Shown here piece after piece: positions 22,301 through 34,895 of a DNA stretch of 64,000 bases. A program made the position numbers and the translations under genes. A model generated the notes under the pieces. The model made no database searches. It was not told the origin of the DNA and saw only the letters and a list, made by a program, of their open reading frames with translations. This stretch comes from Macrostomum lignano (lineage: Eukaryota), in the NCBI GenBank assembly GCA_002269645.1, contig NIVC01002097.1, positions 62,001 through 126,000 of the forward strand, written 5' to 3'. Numbering within the stretch: the stretch's first letter is position 1; every line of letters starts with the position of its first letter.

Positions 22301-25300
22301 ATCCCATCTCCCATTCCCCAGCTCAATCCCATCTCCCATTCCCCAGCTCAATCCCATCTCCCATTCCCCAGCTCAATCCCATCTCCCATTCCCCAGCTCA
22401 ATCCCATCTCCCATTCCCCAGCTCAATCCCATCTCCCATTCCCCAGCTCAATCCCATCTCCCATTCCCAGCTCAATCCCATCTCCCATTCCCCAGCTCAA
22501 TCCCATCTCCCATTCCCAGCTCAATCCCATCTCCCATTCCCCAGCTCAATCCCATCTCCCATTCCCCAGCTCAATCCCATCTCCCATTCCCCAGCTCAAT
22601 CCCATCTCCCATTCCCCAGCTCAATCCCATCTCCCATTCCCAGCTCAATCCCATCTCCCATTCCCCAGCTCAATCCCATCTCCCATTCCCAGCTCAATCC
22701 CATCTCCCATTCCCCAGCTCAATCCCATCTCCCATTCCCCAGCTCAATCCCATCTCCCATTCCCCAGCTCAATCCCATCTCCCATTCCCCAGCTCAATCC
22801 CATCTCCCATTCCCCAGCTCAATCCCATCTCCCATTCCCCAGCTCAATCCCATCTCCCATTCCCCAGCTCAATCCCATCTCCCATTCCCCAGCTCAATCC
22901 CATCTCCCATTCCCCAGCTCAATCCCATCTCCCATTCCCCAGCTCAATCCCATCTCCCATTCCCCAGCTCAATCCCATCTCCCATTCCCCAGCTCAATCC
23001 CATCTCCATTCCCCAGCTCAATCCCATCTCCCAGCTCAATCCCATCTCCCAGCTTAATCCCATCTCCCATTCCCCAGCTCAATCCCATCTCCCACTCCGG
23101 CAACCGCAGACTGCGCGGCCAGGAGTCGCAGTCCGCGGAGCTCCGCCAAGAGGCGCTGCGGCTGCGCGCCGAGTCCGAGCGGTTTCGCCTGGAGGCGGCC
23201 CGCCTGGAGGAGAAACTCGAGGCGGCCGAGCAGCGCCTGACGGCCGCCAAAGGCGAAGCGGATCGGGCGCGGGAAACGGCGCGGCGCGAGCTCGACGGCG
23301 TCAGGGAGGAGCGGAACCGGGTTCAGAGCGCGCTAGACGAGCTGCAGGCGGAGGCGGAGGCGCTGCGAACCGGCGGAGGAGACGGTGAGCGGCTCGGGGT
23401 CATCTGGGGTCAAACAGTCCTGACTCCTAATTTTATTCTTAGTTTTGTTAGATACATGTACCTGATGGCAACAGACATTTGCCGATAGGGTTTAGGGGAT
23501 GCAATGATGCAGGGAAGGGTTTAGAGGGAGATGCAGGGAGGGGATTCAGAGAGAGATGCAGGGAGGGGATTCAGAGGGAGATGCAGATGCAGGGAGGGGA
23601 TTCAGAGAGAGATGCAGGGAGGGGATTCAGAGAAAGATGCAGGGACGGGATTCAGATGGAGATGCAGGGAGGGGATTCAGAGAGAGATGCAGGGAGAGGA
23701 TTCAGATGGAGATGCAGGGAGGGGATTCAGATGGAGATGCAGGGAGGGGATTCAGATGGAGATGCAGGGAGGGGATTCAGAGAAAGATGCAGGGAGGGGA
23801 TTCAGAGAGAGATGCAGGGAGGGGATTCAGAGAGAGATGCAGGGAGGGGATTCAGAGGGAGATGCAGGGAGGGAATTCAGAGGGAGATGCAGATGCAGGG
23901 AGGGATTCAGAGAGAGATGCAGGGAGGGGATTCAGAGGGAGATGCAGGGAGGGAATTCAGAGGGAGATGCAGATGCAGGGAGGGATTCAGAGAGAGATGC
24001 AGGGAGGGGATTCAGAGGGAGATGCAGGGAGGGAATTCAGAGGGAGATGCAGATGCAGGGAGGGATTCAGAGAGAAATGCAGGGAGGGGATTCAGAGAAA
24101 GATGCAGGGAGGGGATTCAGAGAGAGATGCAGGGAGGGATTCAGAGAGAAATGCAGGGAGGGGATTCAGAGGGAGATGCAGGGAGGGGATTCAGATGGAG
24201 ATGCAGGGAGGGGATTCAGATGGAGATGCAGGGAGGGGATTCAGAGAAAGATGCAGGGAGGGGATTCAGAGAGAGATGCAGGGAGGGGATTCAGAGAGAG
24301 ATGCAGGAGGGGATTCAGAGGGAGATGCAGGGAGGGGATTTAGAGGGAGATGCAGGGAGGGATTTCAGAGGGAGATGCATGGAGGGGATTCAGAGAGATG
24401 CAGGGAGGGAATTCAGAGGGAGATGCAGATGCAGGGAGGGATTCAGAGAGAGATGCAGGGAGGGGATTCAGAGGGAGATGCAGGGAGGGAATTCAGAGGG
24501 AGATGCAGATGCAGGGAGGGATTCAGAGAGAAATGCAGGGAGGGGATTCAGAGGGAGATGCAGGGAGGGGATTCAGATGGAGATGCAGGGAGGGGATTCA
24601 GAGAGAGATGCAGGGAGGGGATTCAGAGAGAGATGCAGGGAGGGGATTCAGAGGGAGATGCAGGGAGGGAATTCAGAGGGAGATGCAGATGCAGGGAGGG
24701 ATTCAGAGAGAGATGCAGGGAGGGAATTCAGAGGGAGATGCAGATGCAGGGAGGGATTCAGAGAGAGATGCAGGGAGGGGATTCAGAGGGAGATGCAGGG
24801 AGGGGATTTAGAGGGAGATGCAGGGAGGGGTTTCAGAGGGAGATGCATGGAGGGGATTCAGAGAGAGATGCAGGGAGGGAATTCAGAGGGAGATGCAGAT
24901 GCAGGGAGGGATTCAGAGAGAGATGCAGGGAGGGGATTCAGAGAAAGATGCAGGGAGGGGATTCAGATGGAGATGCAGGGAGGGGATTCAGAGGGAGATG
25001 CAGGGAGAGGATTCAGATGGCGATGCAGGGAGGGGATTCAGATGGAGATGCAGGGAGGGGATTCAGAGAGAGATGCAGGGAGGGGATTCAGAGAAAGATG
25101 CAGGGAGGGGATTCAGAGAGAGATGCAGGGAGGGGATTCAGAGAGAGATGCAGGGAGGGGATTCAGAGGGAGATGCAGGGAGGGGATTTAGAGGGAGATG
25201 CAGGGAGGGGATTCAGAGAGAGATGCAGGGAGGGGATTCAGAGGGAGATGCAGGGAGGGAATTCAGAGGGAGATGCAGATGCAGGGAGGGATTCAGAGAG

Positions 25301-27068
25301 AGATGCAGGGAGGGGATTCAGAGGGAGATGCAGGGAGGGAATTCAGAGGGAGATGCAGATGCAGGGAGGGATTCAGAGAGAAATTCAGGGAGGGGATTCA
25401 GAGGGAGATGCAGGGAGGGGATTCAGATGGAGATGCAGGGAGGGGATTCAGATGGAGATGCAGGGAGGGGATTCAGATGGAGATGCAGGGAGGGGATTCA
25501 GAGAGAGATGCAGGGAGGGGATTCAGAGAGAGATGCAGGGAGGGGATTCAGAGGGAGATGCAGGGAGGGGATTTAGAGGGAGATGCAGGGAGGGGTTTCA
25601 GAGGGAGATGCATGGAGGGGATTCAGAGAGAGATGCAGGGAGGGAATTTAGAGGGAGATGCAGATGCAGGGAGGGATTCAGAGAGAGATGCAGGGAGGGG
25701 ATTCAGAGGGAGATGCAGGAGGGGATTCAGAGAGAGATGCAGGGAGGGGATTCAGAGAGAGATGCAGGGAGGGGATTCAGAGGGAGATGCAGGGAGAGGA
25801 TTCAGAGAGAGATGCAGGGAGGGGAATCAGAGAGAGATGCAGGGAGGGGATTCAGAGAGAGATGCAGGGAGAGGATAAAAAAGTTACATGCTCAGTCAGA
25901 AAAGCCATAGACGTGTACGGGATTTCCCGCAGCTCCCAGTCGCCTCCGATTCTCCCAACCCGCAGGCCGATCCGCCGTCACCGAGGCGGCAGCCCGCTAC
26001 GCTGAGGTGGAGCAGCTCGCCCGCCGGCTCACCCAGGAGAATCGCGGCCTGCGCGATCAGCTGGAAGAGCTGCAGGCTGACCTGCTGGCTCGGGGCGTCG
26101 AGGAGGGCCGCGCCCTGGTCAGCGGCGGCCAGGGGGCAGCTGACCCCGCCAGCCTGGCCGCCGAAATCGATTTGATGAACAAGGAGGAGGTGAGCGCTGC
26201 CTGTAGGCATGCTGCGTCTGTCTCTGTGGTTGCTAAGCCCGAATAGTTCGTTGCTAAGCTCGAATAGTTCCTGCTAAGCTCGAATAGTTCGTTGCTAAGC
26301 TCGAATAGTCCGTTGCTAAGCTCGAATAGTCCGTTGCTAAGCCCGAATAGTCCGTTGCTAAGCCCGAATATTTCGTTACTAAGCTCGAATAGTCCGTTGC
26401 TAAGCCCGAATAGTCCGTTGCTAAGCTCGAATAGTCATTTGCTAAGCTCGAATAGTCCGTTGCTAAGCCGGAATACTCAGTTGCTAAGCCCGAATAGTCA
26501 GTTGCTAAGCCCGAATAGTTCGTTGCTAAGCTCTAATAGTCTGTTGCTAAGCCCAAATAGTCAGTTGCTAAGCCCGAATAGTTCGTTGCTAAGCCCAAAT
26601 AGTCAGTTTCTAAGCCCGAATAGTCAGTTGCTAAGCCCGAATAGTCAGGTGCTTAGCCCGAATAGTTCGTTGTGTCTGAGAGGCCTGTGTCTGTCACAGC
26701 GATCTTAAACAAGCAGCTGCCTCAATGGGTCAGTCAGTAAGTAATTTGCCGTGGTCAGTACGAAGATCAGAAGGCTGTCTCCGTCATCTCTTGAGGCAGG
26801 CACCTGGAGCGAGTGACAAATCAACACCCTGTTTGATAGGGCTGTAGAAACACTGGGAGACAATGGCGACCCCGCGCAGTCATCACAGTTGTCACTAATC
26901 AGGCTTAACACTAATCCCAATCATTTAATCCCAACACAGCTGATGGACCTGCTTGTCAGAGAGAAGGACGCCACCCAGAAGCTGCGCTCCTACATCGACC
27001 GAATCCTGCTCAAGATTATGGAGAAGCAGCCGGAACTGCTCGAGATTGGCATGGCGTCCACTGCCTGA
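15169..27068 (+). CDS. RAB11FIP3/4: Rab11 family-interacting protein class II (FIP3/FIP4/Nuf-like), 10 coding exons
   Basis: Phase-consistent GT-AG exons: 15169-15285, 16300-16399, 16477-16523, 16602-16711, 17231-17376, 18120-18206, 18660-19087, 23110-23384, 25966-26189, 26940-27068. Degenerate EF-hand-like N-terminus, EQRFEDWG, long coiled coil and C-terminal Rab11-binding domain [18 protein letters not shown]...[23 protein letters not shown]. The model needs one extra C at 17301-17305 and one at 18911-18912. An upstream exon is possible. Confidence 0.85.
17470..17910. repeat. 22-bp minisatellite (CCAGTTCCAAATCCCGGAGATC), ~20 copies, intronic
   Basis: Period 22 (17481, 17503, 17525...). Confidence 0.95.
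18283..18605. repeat. 18/22-bp minisatellite (TCAGCTTCATCCCCATCC +/- TTAC), intronic
   Basis: Direct inspection. Confidence 0.95.
19088..19388. repeat. (GTCT)n microsatellite starting at the splice donor
   Basis: GACAG|GTCTGTCT...: the first GT of the array is the donor of exon 18660-19087. Confidence 0.95.
19823..20050. repeat. 29-bp minisatellite (GAATCGCCCCCAGCCTCATCTGCACATAA), ~8 copies
   Basis: Direct inspection; one 30-bp variant. Confidence 0.95.
20445..23095. repeat. C-rich 25/27-bp minisatellite (CCCCAGCTCAATCCCATCTCCCATT; 27-bp CCCATAAT variant on the left)
   Basis: Period 25 in the homogeneous right half. Runs up to the acceptor at 23109. Confidence 0.97.
23515..25870. repeat. 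G-rich 25-bp minisatellite (GAGAGAGATGCAGGGAGGGGATTCA) with higher-order variants
   Basis: Period 25 (24601, 24626...). Source of the spurious 570/784-aa ORFs. Confidence 0.97.
26230..26670. repeat. 21-bp minisatellite (TTGCTAAGCCCGAATAGTCCG)
   Basis: Period 21 (26281, 26302, 26323). Confidence 0.95.
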
Positions 27069-27089
27069 GTGTCGGCTCCTGAGGCATTC

Positions 27090-27270
27090 CTGACAGTCCC
27101 GATGCTTCTGTGACTGTCCTGACACTTTCCTGTGCCTGTCCTGACACTTTTCTGTGACTGTCCTGACACTTTCCTGTGACTGTCCTGACACTTTTCTGTG
27201 ACTGTCCTGATAGTTTCCTGTGCCTGTCCTGACACTTTTCTGTGACTGTCCTGACAGTTTCCTGTCTTAG
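27090..27270. repeat. ~22-23-bp minisatellite (CTGTGACTGTCCTGACACTTTT) just after the Rab11-FIP stop
   Basis: Direct inspection. Confidence 0.9.
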
Positions 27271-27839
27271 AGACATTGCTGATGAGACTCTATGAGACTC
27301 TATTGGCATTCTTCATATGAATCTCTTGGATCTGTCTGCCAGACTCTCGAGACTGTCCCTCGGACTATTAAATCTTGAGTCCATGTGAAAGCTCATCTGA
27401 CATTGTCCAAAACTGTGACCGATCCGATCTCCATGCTTGCCTTCTGTCCCACGCGAGACTGTCGCAGCCAACACGGGCTGGCTGAGTTCACCAGCGCACC
27501 AATTTCTGTGTTTCTGAGCAGCAGCAGTGCGGTTGTCTTTTGCATTGCATTGACCGGTTTTTATTTTTATCAACTTTTTTGTTTGTTAGCAATGTTTGTT
27601 TTTTACCTGAGCCAATCATGTCACCGGGAAATCCATTTCTTGTTGTTGTCTGACCTGTTGCCTTTTTGTGGCAGCGAGCAGGCCACGGCAATTTTCACCG
27701 CACAGCCCACAGCTTTTGCGTTTTGCTGCTGGCTTCTCGCTGGAGGTTGCTTGAGGTTGGTTGAGGGCCCGGATTGAATTGATTTGTGTCCTGGCGGGAT
27801 CTGCTGCATTCCTTTGGTGTCTTGGAAACAACTTTGCGG

Positions 27840-28215
27840 GAAACTCATTAGAATTCAATGAGAAATTTTCTGGAAAATTGATAGGCAATTTCCGAGAGAA
27901 TTCAAAGGGGAATTTTCGAGAGAATTCAATGGGTCTTTCCTAGAGAATTCCATGAAGAATTTCCCAGAGATTTTAATGGGGAATTTTCAAGAGAATTCAA
28001 TACGGATTTTTCGAGAGAATTCAGTAGGGAATTTCCGAGGGAATTTAACGGGAATTTCTGAGAAACATTTTTGGGGAATTTCCAAGAGAATCTAATGGGA
28101 ATTTCTGATAAATTTTTTGGGGGAATTTCAAAGATAATTCAATGGGGAATCTCCAAGATAATTCATTGGGGAACTTCCGAGGGAATTCATTGGGGAATTT
28201 CCGGGAGAATTTAAT
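27840..28215. repeat. Degenerate ~23-bp repeat (GGGAATTTCCGAGAGAATTCAAT-like)
   Basis: Recurring GGGAATT/GAGAATT modules. Confidence 0.75.
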
Positions 28216-28697
28216 CTGACGATGTGGACACAATGTGCCTAATAATTGAGTCATTCTAAAATTTTACAGAGGCTCGGGCCTTCAAACCCACTTTTTCTCA
28301 CTCTGTTAAAAGTGCAATGCGCTTTTTAGCTGGTTTGTTTTTTAGTGCAAGAGCGTCGCCTGTCCTTTGTCGGCACTTCTCCTAGAAGCCTTTTGTTTGT
28401 ATTGCTGGCACCTGTTCACAACACTTCAATGCATTCCACTTTGCTCTTTCTAATTCTGTGCGAGTAGCTGCCTACCAACTCCTGCTGGTGGCGGATGCCG
28501 GGGGCCATGGCTAGCTGCAATATTCCCTGTTGACTCCTGCATATGATTATATTAGTCTTTGAACTGCTACTTATTATCTGCATATTTATATAAATATAAT
28601 TCTTTATTTGCGTCTAATTTCCAGTTTATACGCGCACCGGCTTTACACGATAGACGGTGGTTTTAATTAATATCTCCTTTGTCTTTTGTACTCAGAG

Positions 28698-28975
28698 AGT
28701 GCGCGCTTATACAAGTTGCGCTACTATGATAGTGCGCGCTTATACAAATTGCGCTACTATGATCGTGCGCGCTTATACAAGTTGCGCTACTATGATAGTG
28801 CGCGCTTATACAAGTTGCGCTACTATGATATTGCGCACTTATACAACTTGCGCTACTATGACAGTGCGCGCTTATACAAGTTGCGCTACTATGATAGTGC
28901 GCGCTTATACAACTTACACTATTATGATAGTTCGCGCTTATACAAGTTGCGCTACTCTGATAGTGCACACAGTGT
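28698..28975. repeat. 33-bp minisatellite (GTGCGCGCTTATACAAGTTGCGCTACTATGATA), ~8 copies
   Basis: Direct inspection. Confidence 0.95.
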
Positions 28976-28979
28976 TGTA

Positions 28980-29275
28980 CACTCTCTCTGCCCTTCCCAG
29001 TCCTTACTGAGCAATGTACATTCTCTCTGCCCTTCTTAGTCCTTACTGAGCAATGTACATTCTCTCTGCCCTTCCAAGTCCTTACTGAGCAATGTACATT
29101 CTCTCTCCCCTTCCAAGTCCTTACTGAGCAATGTACATTCTCTCTGCCCTTCCCAGTCCTTACTGAGCAATGTACATTCTCTCTCCCCTTCCCAGTCCTT
29201 ACTGAGCAATGTGCATTCTCTCTCCCCTTCCCAGTCCTTACTGAGCAATTTAAATTCTCTCTGCCCTTCCCAGTT
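28980..29275. repeat. 39-bp minisatellite (TCTCTCTGCCCTTCCCAGTCCTTACTGAGCAATGTACAT), ~7 copies
   Basis: 13-codon periodicity in the ORF track. Confidence 0.95.
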
Positions 29276-29809
29276 CTAGTTTCAGTTTCCTACCAGCTAT
29301 CTATAAACAGCGATTTGATCATAAATTTGCGTGTGCTGCTCGCAATTAAGCCGCTAGTGCGTCATTTTCTCAGCTCAGCCCACCTGCGCACCCTCCTGGT
29401 CAAGAATTACCAGCATCAATGATTCTCATGAGCTTGTTTGAAGTTTTCCCAGCAACAACAACACGCACGCGATCGACAGCTAACGAGGCAGCCACGCAGC
29501 GTACAAGTGCAAAAAATACTCAGTGCGCAGGGCTGTGGGTTGGACGGATTCGGATTCGCAGAGCTGCCTGTAAAAATTAATGGCTAAGGGAAATTGGATT
29601 TTTTGGACAGCCAGAAACTTCCGGGACGAGAGGCCGAGGCTGAGTCATCTGAGCGGTACCTGATCCTGCCTGGTCTGGCCGCCTGCCAGGCATTCTGTTG
29701 CATGGTCTGCAGCAGACTTCTTTCGAGTCAAAGCAGTGTTCGTCCCTTCAGGAAATGGATTGATAGTTTCTGGTGAAAATGAAGATGGCTAAGGAAGGAA
29801 GGAACTTTC

Positions 29810-30370
29810 AATCTTCACAAACTAGAATCTTCACAAACTAGAATCTTCACAAACTAGAATCTTCACAAACTAGAATCTTCACAAACTAAAATTTTCACAA
29901 ACTAGAATATTCACGAACTAAATATTCACGAACTATAGAATATTCACAAACTGAAATCTTCACAAATTAGAATCTTCACGAACTAAATATTCACGAACTA
30001 TAGAATCTTCACAAACTAAAATCTTCACAAACTATAGAATCTTCACAAACTAGAATATTCACGAACTAAATATTCACGAACTATAGAATATTCACAAACT
30101 GAAATCTTCACAAATTAGAATATTCACAAACTAAAATCTTCACAAACTAAAATCTTCACAAACTAAAATCTTCACAAACTATAGAATCTTCACAAACTAG
30201 AATATTCACGAACTAAATATTCACGAACTATAGAATATTCACAAACTGAAATCTTCACAAATTAGAATATTCACAAACTAAAATCTTCACAAACTAAAAT
30301 CTTCACAAACTAGATTATTCACGAACTAAATATTCATGAACTAGAATCTAAAAAACTAGAAACTTTGCAA
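29810..30370. repeat. Degenerate ~16-18-bp AT-rich repeat (AGAATCTTCACAAACT)
   Basis: Direct inspection. Confidence 0.9.
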
Positions 30371-30892
30371 ACTAAAAAAATCATTCAAAAATTCAAATGT
30401 TTACAAACTTATGCGTTCAGTCTAAGACAAAGTAAAAGTAAAAGGACAAGTAAAAGACAAAAAGCTGTAGCCGGTCTTTGAAGCTGTGAGAACATTGTGT
30501 TCAGTTCCGCATTATCAGCGTTTTCAGCCCCTCGCACTGTAAATTCTTGGCCATTGTCTTTCCAGGAACTTTGATCCACCCCCTGATGGCGTGCTCCGAC
30601 TCGCATCACGCGTTGGCTAAAACTCGTGCAGCCCTAATAAATCTGTACGCTCGTATCTATGTGCAAAATTATCTGTCGAAATGCTGTAGAATGTAACTTT
30701 GTTTTCTTTTGAAGTTCAAAACTGTGCGCGCACGTCACTCAGAGATAATTTTCGCCACAGACAGTCTGAGTTGAATGTCATCTGTTTCAATAGAAAAGGA
30801 CTTCGTTTGAATTGAATTTCCGCTAGCGCTGAGATCTCTTAAAGTGTTTAAACTGAAGCACTGCTTGTTTCTTTTGAACGAGACTGTTGAAG

Positions 30893-33800
30893 AGGGGAGG
30901 GCAGAGAGGGGATGGCAAAGAGGGGAGGGCAGAGAGGGGATGGCAAAGAGCGAAAGGCAGAGAGGGGAGGGCAGAGAGGGGATGGCAAAGAGGGGAAGGC
31001 AAAGAGGGGAGGGCAGAGAGGGGAAGGCAAAGAGGGGAGGGCAGAGATGGGAAGGCAGAGAGGGGAGGGCTGAGAGGGGATGGCAAAGAGGGGAGGGCAG
31101 AGAGGGGATGGCAGAGAGGGGAGGGCAGAGAGGGGAGGGCAGAGAGGGGAGGGCAGAGAGGGGATGGCAAAGAGGGGAGGGCAGAGAGGGGATGGCAGAG
31201 AGGGGAGGGCAGAGAGGGGAGGGCAGAGAGGGGAGGGCAGAGAGGGCAGGGCAGAGAGGGGAGGCTGGAGAATCGGAGGGCAGAGAGGGCAGGGCAGAGA
31301 GGGCAGGGCAGAGAGGGGAGGCTGGAGAATTGGAGGGCAGAGAGGGCAGGGCAGAGAAGGGAGGCTGGAGAATCGGAGGGCAGAGAGGGCAGGGCAGAGA
31401 GGGCAGGGCAGAGAGGGGAGGCTGGAGAATTGGAGGGCAGAGAGGGCAGGGCAGAGAGGGGAGGCTGGAGAATCGGAGGGCAGAGAGGGCAGGGCAGAGA
31501 GGGCAGGGCAGAGAGGGGAGGCTGGAGAATTGGAGGGCAGAGAGGACAGGGCAGAGAGGGGAGGCTGGAGAATTGGAGGGCAGAGAGGGCAGGGCAGAGA
31601 GGGGAGGCTGGAGAATCGGAGGGCAGAGAGGGCAGGGCAGAGAGGGGAGGCTGGAGAATCGGAGGGCAGAGGGCAGGGCAGAGAGGGGAGGCTGGAGAAT
31701 CGGAGGGCAGAGAGGGCAGGGCAGAGAGGGGAGGCTGGAGAATCGGAGGGCAGAGAGGGCAGGGCAGAGAGGGGAGGCTGGAGAATCGGAGGGCAGAGAG
31801 GGCAGGGCAGAGAGGGGAGGCTGGAGAATCGGAGGGCAGAGAGGGCAGGGCAGAGAGGGGAGGCTGGAGAATTGGAGGGCAGAGAGGGCAGGGCAGAGAG
31901 GGGAGGCTGGAGAATCGGAGGGCAGAGAGGGCAGGGCAGAGAGGGGAGGCTGGAGAATCGGAGGGCAGAGAGGGCAGGGCAGAGAGGGGAGGCTGGAGAA
32001 TTGGAGGGCAGAGAGGGCAGGGCAGAGAGGGGAGGCTGGAGAATCGGAGGGCAGAGAGGGCAGGGCAGAGAGGGGAGGCTGGAGAATCGGAGGGCAGAGA
32101 GGGCAGGGCAGAGAGGGGAGGCTGGAGAATTGGAGGGCAGAGAGGGCAGGGCAGAGAGGGGAGGCTGGAGAATTGGAGGGCAGAGAGGGCAGGGCAGAGA
32201 GGGGAGGCTGGAGAATCGGAGGGCAGAGGGCAGGGCAGAGAGGGGAGGCTGGAGAATCGGAGGGCAGAGAGGGCAGGGCAGAGAGGGGAGGCTGGAGAAT
32301 CGGAGGGCAGAGGGCAGGGCAGAGAGGGGAGGCTGGAGAATCGGAGGGCAGAGAGGGCAGGGCAGAGAGGGGAGGCTGGAGAATCGGAGGGCAGAGGGCA
32401 GGGCAGAGAGGGGAGGCTGGAGAATAAGAGGGCAGAGAGGGCAGGGCAGAGAGGGGAGGCTGGAGAATCGGAGGGCAGAGAGGGCAGGGCAGAGAGGGGA
32501 GGCTGGAGAATCGGAGGGCAGAGAGGGCAGGGCAGAGAGGGGAGGCTGGAGAATCGGAGGGCAGAGAGGGCAGGGCAGAGAGGGGAGGCTGGAGAATCGG
32601 AGGGCAGAGAGGGCAGGGCAGAGAGGGGAGGCTGGAGAATTGGAGGGCAGAGAGGGCAGGGCAGAGAGGGGAGGCTGGAGAATCGGAGGGCAGAGAGGGC
32701 AGGGCAGAGAGGGGAGGCTGGAGAATCGGAGGGCAGAGAGGGCAGGGCAGAGAGGGGAGGCTGGAGAATTGGAGGGCAGAGAGGGCAGGGCAGAGAGGGG
32801 AGGCTGGAGAATCGGAGGGCAGAGAGGGCAGGGCAGAGAGGGGAGGCTGGAGAATCGGAGGGCAGAGAGGGCAGGGCAGAGAGGGGAGGCTGGAGAATTG
32901 GAGGGCAGAGAGGGCAGGGCAGAGAGGGGAGGCTGGAGAATCGGAGGGCAGAGAGGGCAGGGCAGAGAGGGGAGACTGGAGAATCGGAGGGCAGAGGGCA
33001 GGGCAGAGAGGGGAGGCTGGAGAATCGGAGGGCAGAGAGGGCAGGGCAGAGAGGGGAGGCTGGAGAATCGGAGGGCAGAGAGGGCAGGGCAGAGAGGGGA
33101 GGCTGGAGAATCGGAGGGCAGAGAGGGCAGGGCAGAGAGGGGAGGGCAGAGAGGGGAGGCTGGAGAATCGGAGGGCAGAGAGGGCAGGGCAGAGAGGGGA
33201 GGCTGGAGAATCGGAGGGCAGAGGGCAGGGCAGAGAGGGGAGGCTGGAGAATCGGAGGGCAGAGAGGGCAGGGCAGAGAGGGGAGGCTGGAGAATCGGAG
33301 GGCAGAGGGCAGGGCAGAGAGGGGAGGCTGGAGAATTGGAGGGCAGAGAGGGCAGGGCAGAGAGGGGAGGCTGGAGAATCGGAGGGCAGAGAGGGCAGGG
33401 CAGAGAGGGGAGGCTGGAGAATCGGAGGGCAGAGAGGGCAGGGCAGAGAGGGGAGGCTGGAGAATCGGAGGGCAGAGAGGGCAGGGCAGAGAGGGGAGGC
33501 TGGAGAATCGGAGGGCAGAGAGGGCAGGGCAGAGAGGGGAGGCTGGAGAATTGGAGGGCAGAGAGGGCAGGGCAGAGAGGGGAGGCTGGAGAATCGGAGG
33601 GCAGAGAGGGCAGGGCAGAGAGGGGAGGCTGGAGAATCGGAGGGCAGAGAGGGCAGGGCAGAGAGGGGAGGCTGGAGAATTGGAGGGCAGAGAGGGCAGG
33701 GCAGAGAGGGGAGGCTGGAGAATCGGAGGGCAGAGAGGGCAGGGCAGAGAGGGGAGGCTGGAGAATCGGAGGGCAGAGAAGGCAGGGCAGAGAGGGGAGG

Positions 33801-34895
33801 CTGGAGAATTGGAGGGCAGAGAGGACAGGGCAGAGAGGGGAGGCTGGAGAATCGGAGGGCAGAGAGGGCAGGGCAGAGAGGGGAGGCTGGAGAATCGGAG
33901 GGCAGAGAGGGCAGGGCAGAGAGGGGAGGCTGGAGAATCGGAGGGCAGAGAGGGCAGGGCAGAGAGGGGAGGCTGGAGAATCGGAGGGCAGAGAGGGCAG
34001 GGCAGAGAGGGGAGGCTGGAGAATCGGAGGGCAGAGAGGGCAGGGCAGAGAGGGGAGGCTGGAGAATCGGAGGGCAGAGGGCAGGGCAGAGAGGGGAGGC
34101 TGGAGAATCGGAGGGCAGAGAGGGCAGGGCAGAGAGGGGAGGCTGGAGAATCGGAGGGCAGAGAGGGCAGGGCAGAGAGGGGAGGCTGGAGAATCGGAGG
34201 GCAGAGAGGGCAGGGCAGAGAGGGGAGGCTGGAGAATCGGAGGGCAGAGGGCAGGGCAGAGAGGGGAGGCTGGAGAATCGGAGGGCAAAGAGGGCAGGGC
34301 AGAGAGGGGAGGCTGGAGAATCGGAGGGCAGAGAGGGCAGGGCAGAGAGGGGAGGCTGGAGAATCGGAGGGCAGAGAGGGCAGGGCAGAGAGGGGAGGCT
34401 GGAGAATCGGAGGGCAGAGGGCAGGGCAGAGAGGGGAGGCTGGAGAATCGGAGGGCAGAGAGGGCAGGGCAGAGAGGGGAGGCTGGAGAATTGGAGGGCA
34501 GAGAGGGCAGGGCAGAGAGGGGAGGCTGGAGAATCGGAGGGCAGAGAGGGCAGGGCAGAGAGGGGAGGCTGGAGAATCGGAGGGCAGAGAGGGCAGGGCA
34601 GAGAGGGGAGGCTGGAGAATCGGAGGGCAGAGAGGGCAGGGCAGAGAGGGGAGGCTGGAGAATCGGAGGGCAGAGGGCAGGGCAGAGAGGGGAGGCTGGA
34701 GAATCGGAGGGCAGAGAGGGCAGGGCAGAGAGGGGAGGCTGGAGAATCGGAGGGCAGAGAGGGCAGGGCAGAGAGGGGAGGCTGGAGAATCGGAGGGCAG
34801 AGAGGGCAGGGCAGAGAGGGGAGGCTGGAGAATCGGAGAGGGCAGGGCAGAGAGGGGAGGCTGGAGAATCGGAGGGCAGAGAGGGCAGGGCAGAG
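30893..34895. repeat. 4-kb purine-rich array, 43-bp unit (GAGGGCAGAGAGGGCAGGGCAGAGAGGGGAGGCTGGAGAATCG) built from GGGCAGAGAG modules, with 41-bp variants
   Basis: 43-residue periodicity in translated frames. Source of the spurious 1300-1440-aa ORFs on both strands. Confidence 0.97.

Noticed and set aside
23479-25910. 570- and 784-aa Gly/Arg/Glu-rich ORFs
   Set aside because: They come from a 25-bp intronic minisatellite between two well-defined Rab11-FIP exons.
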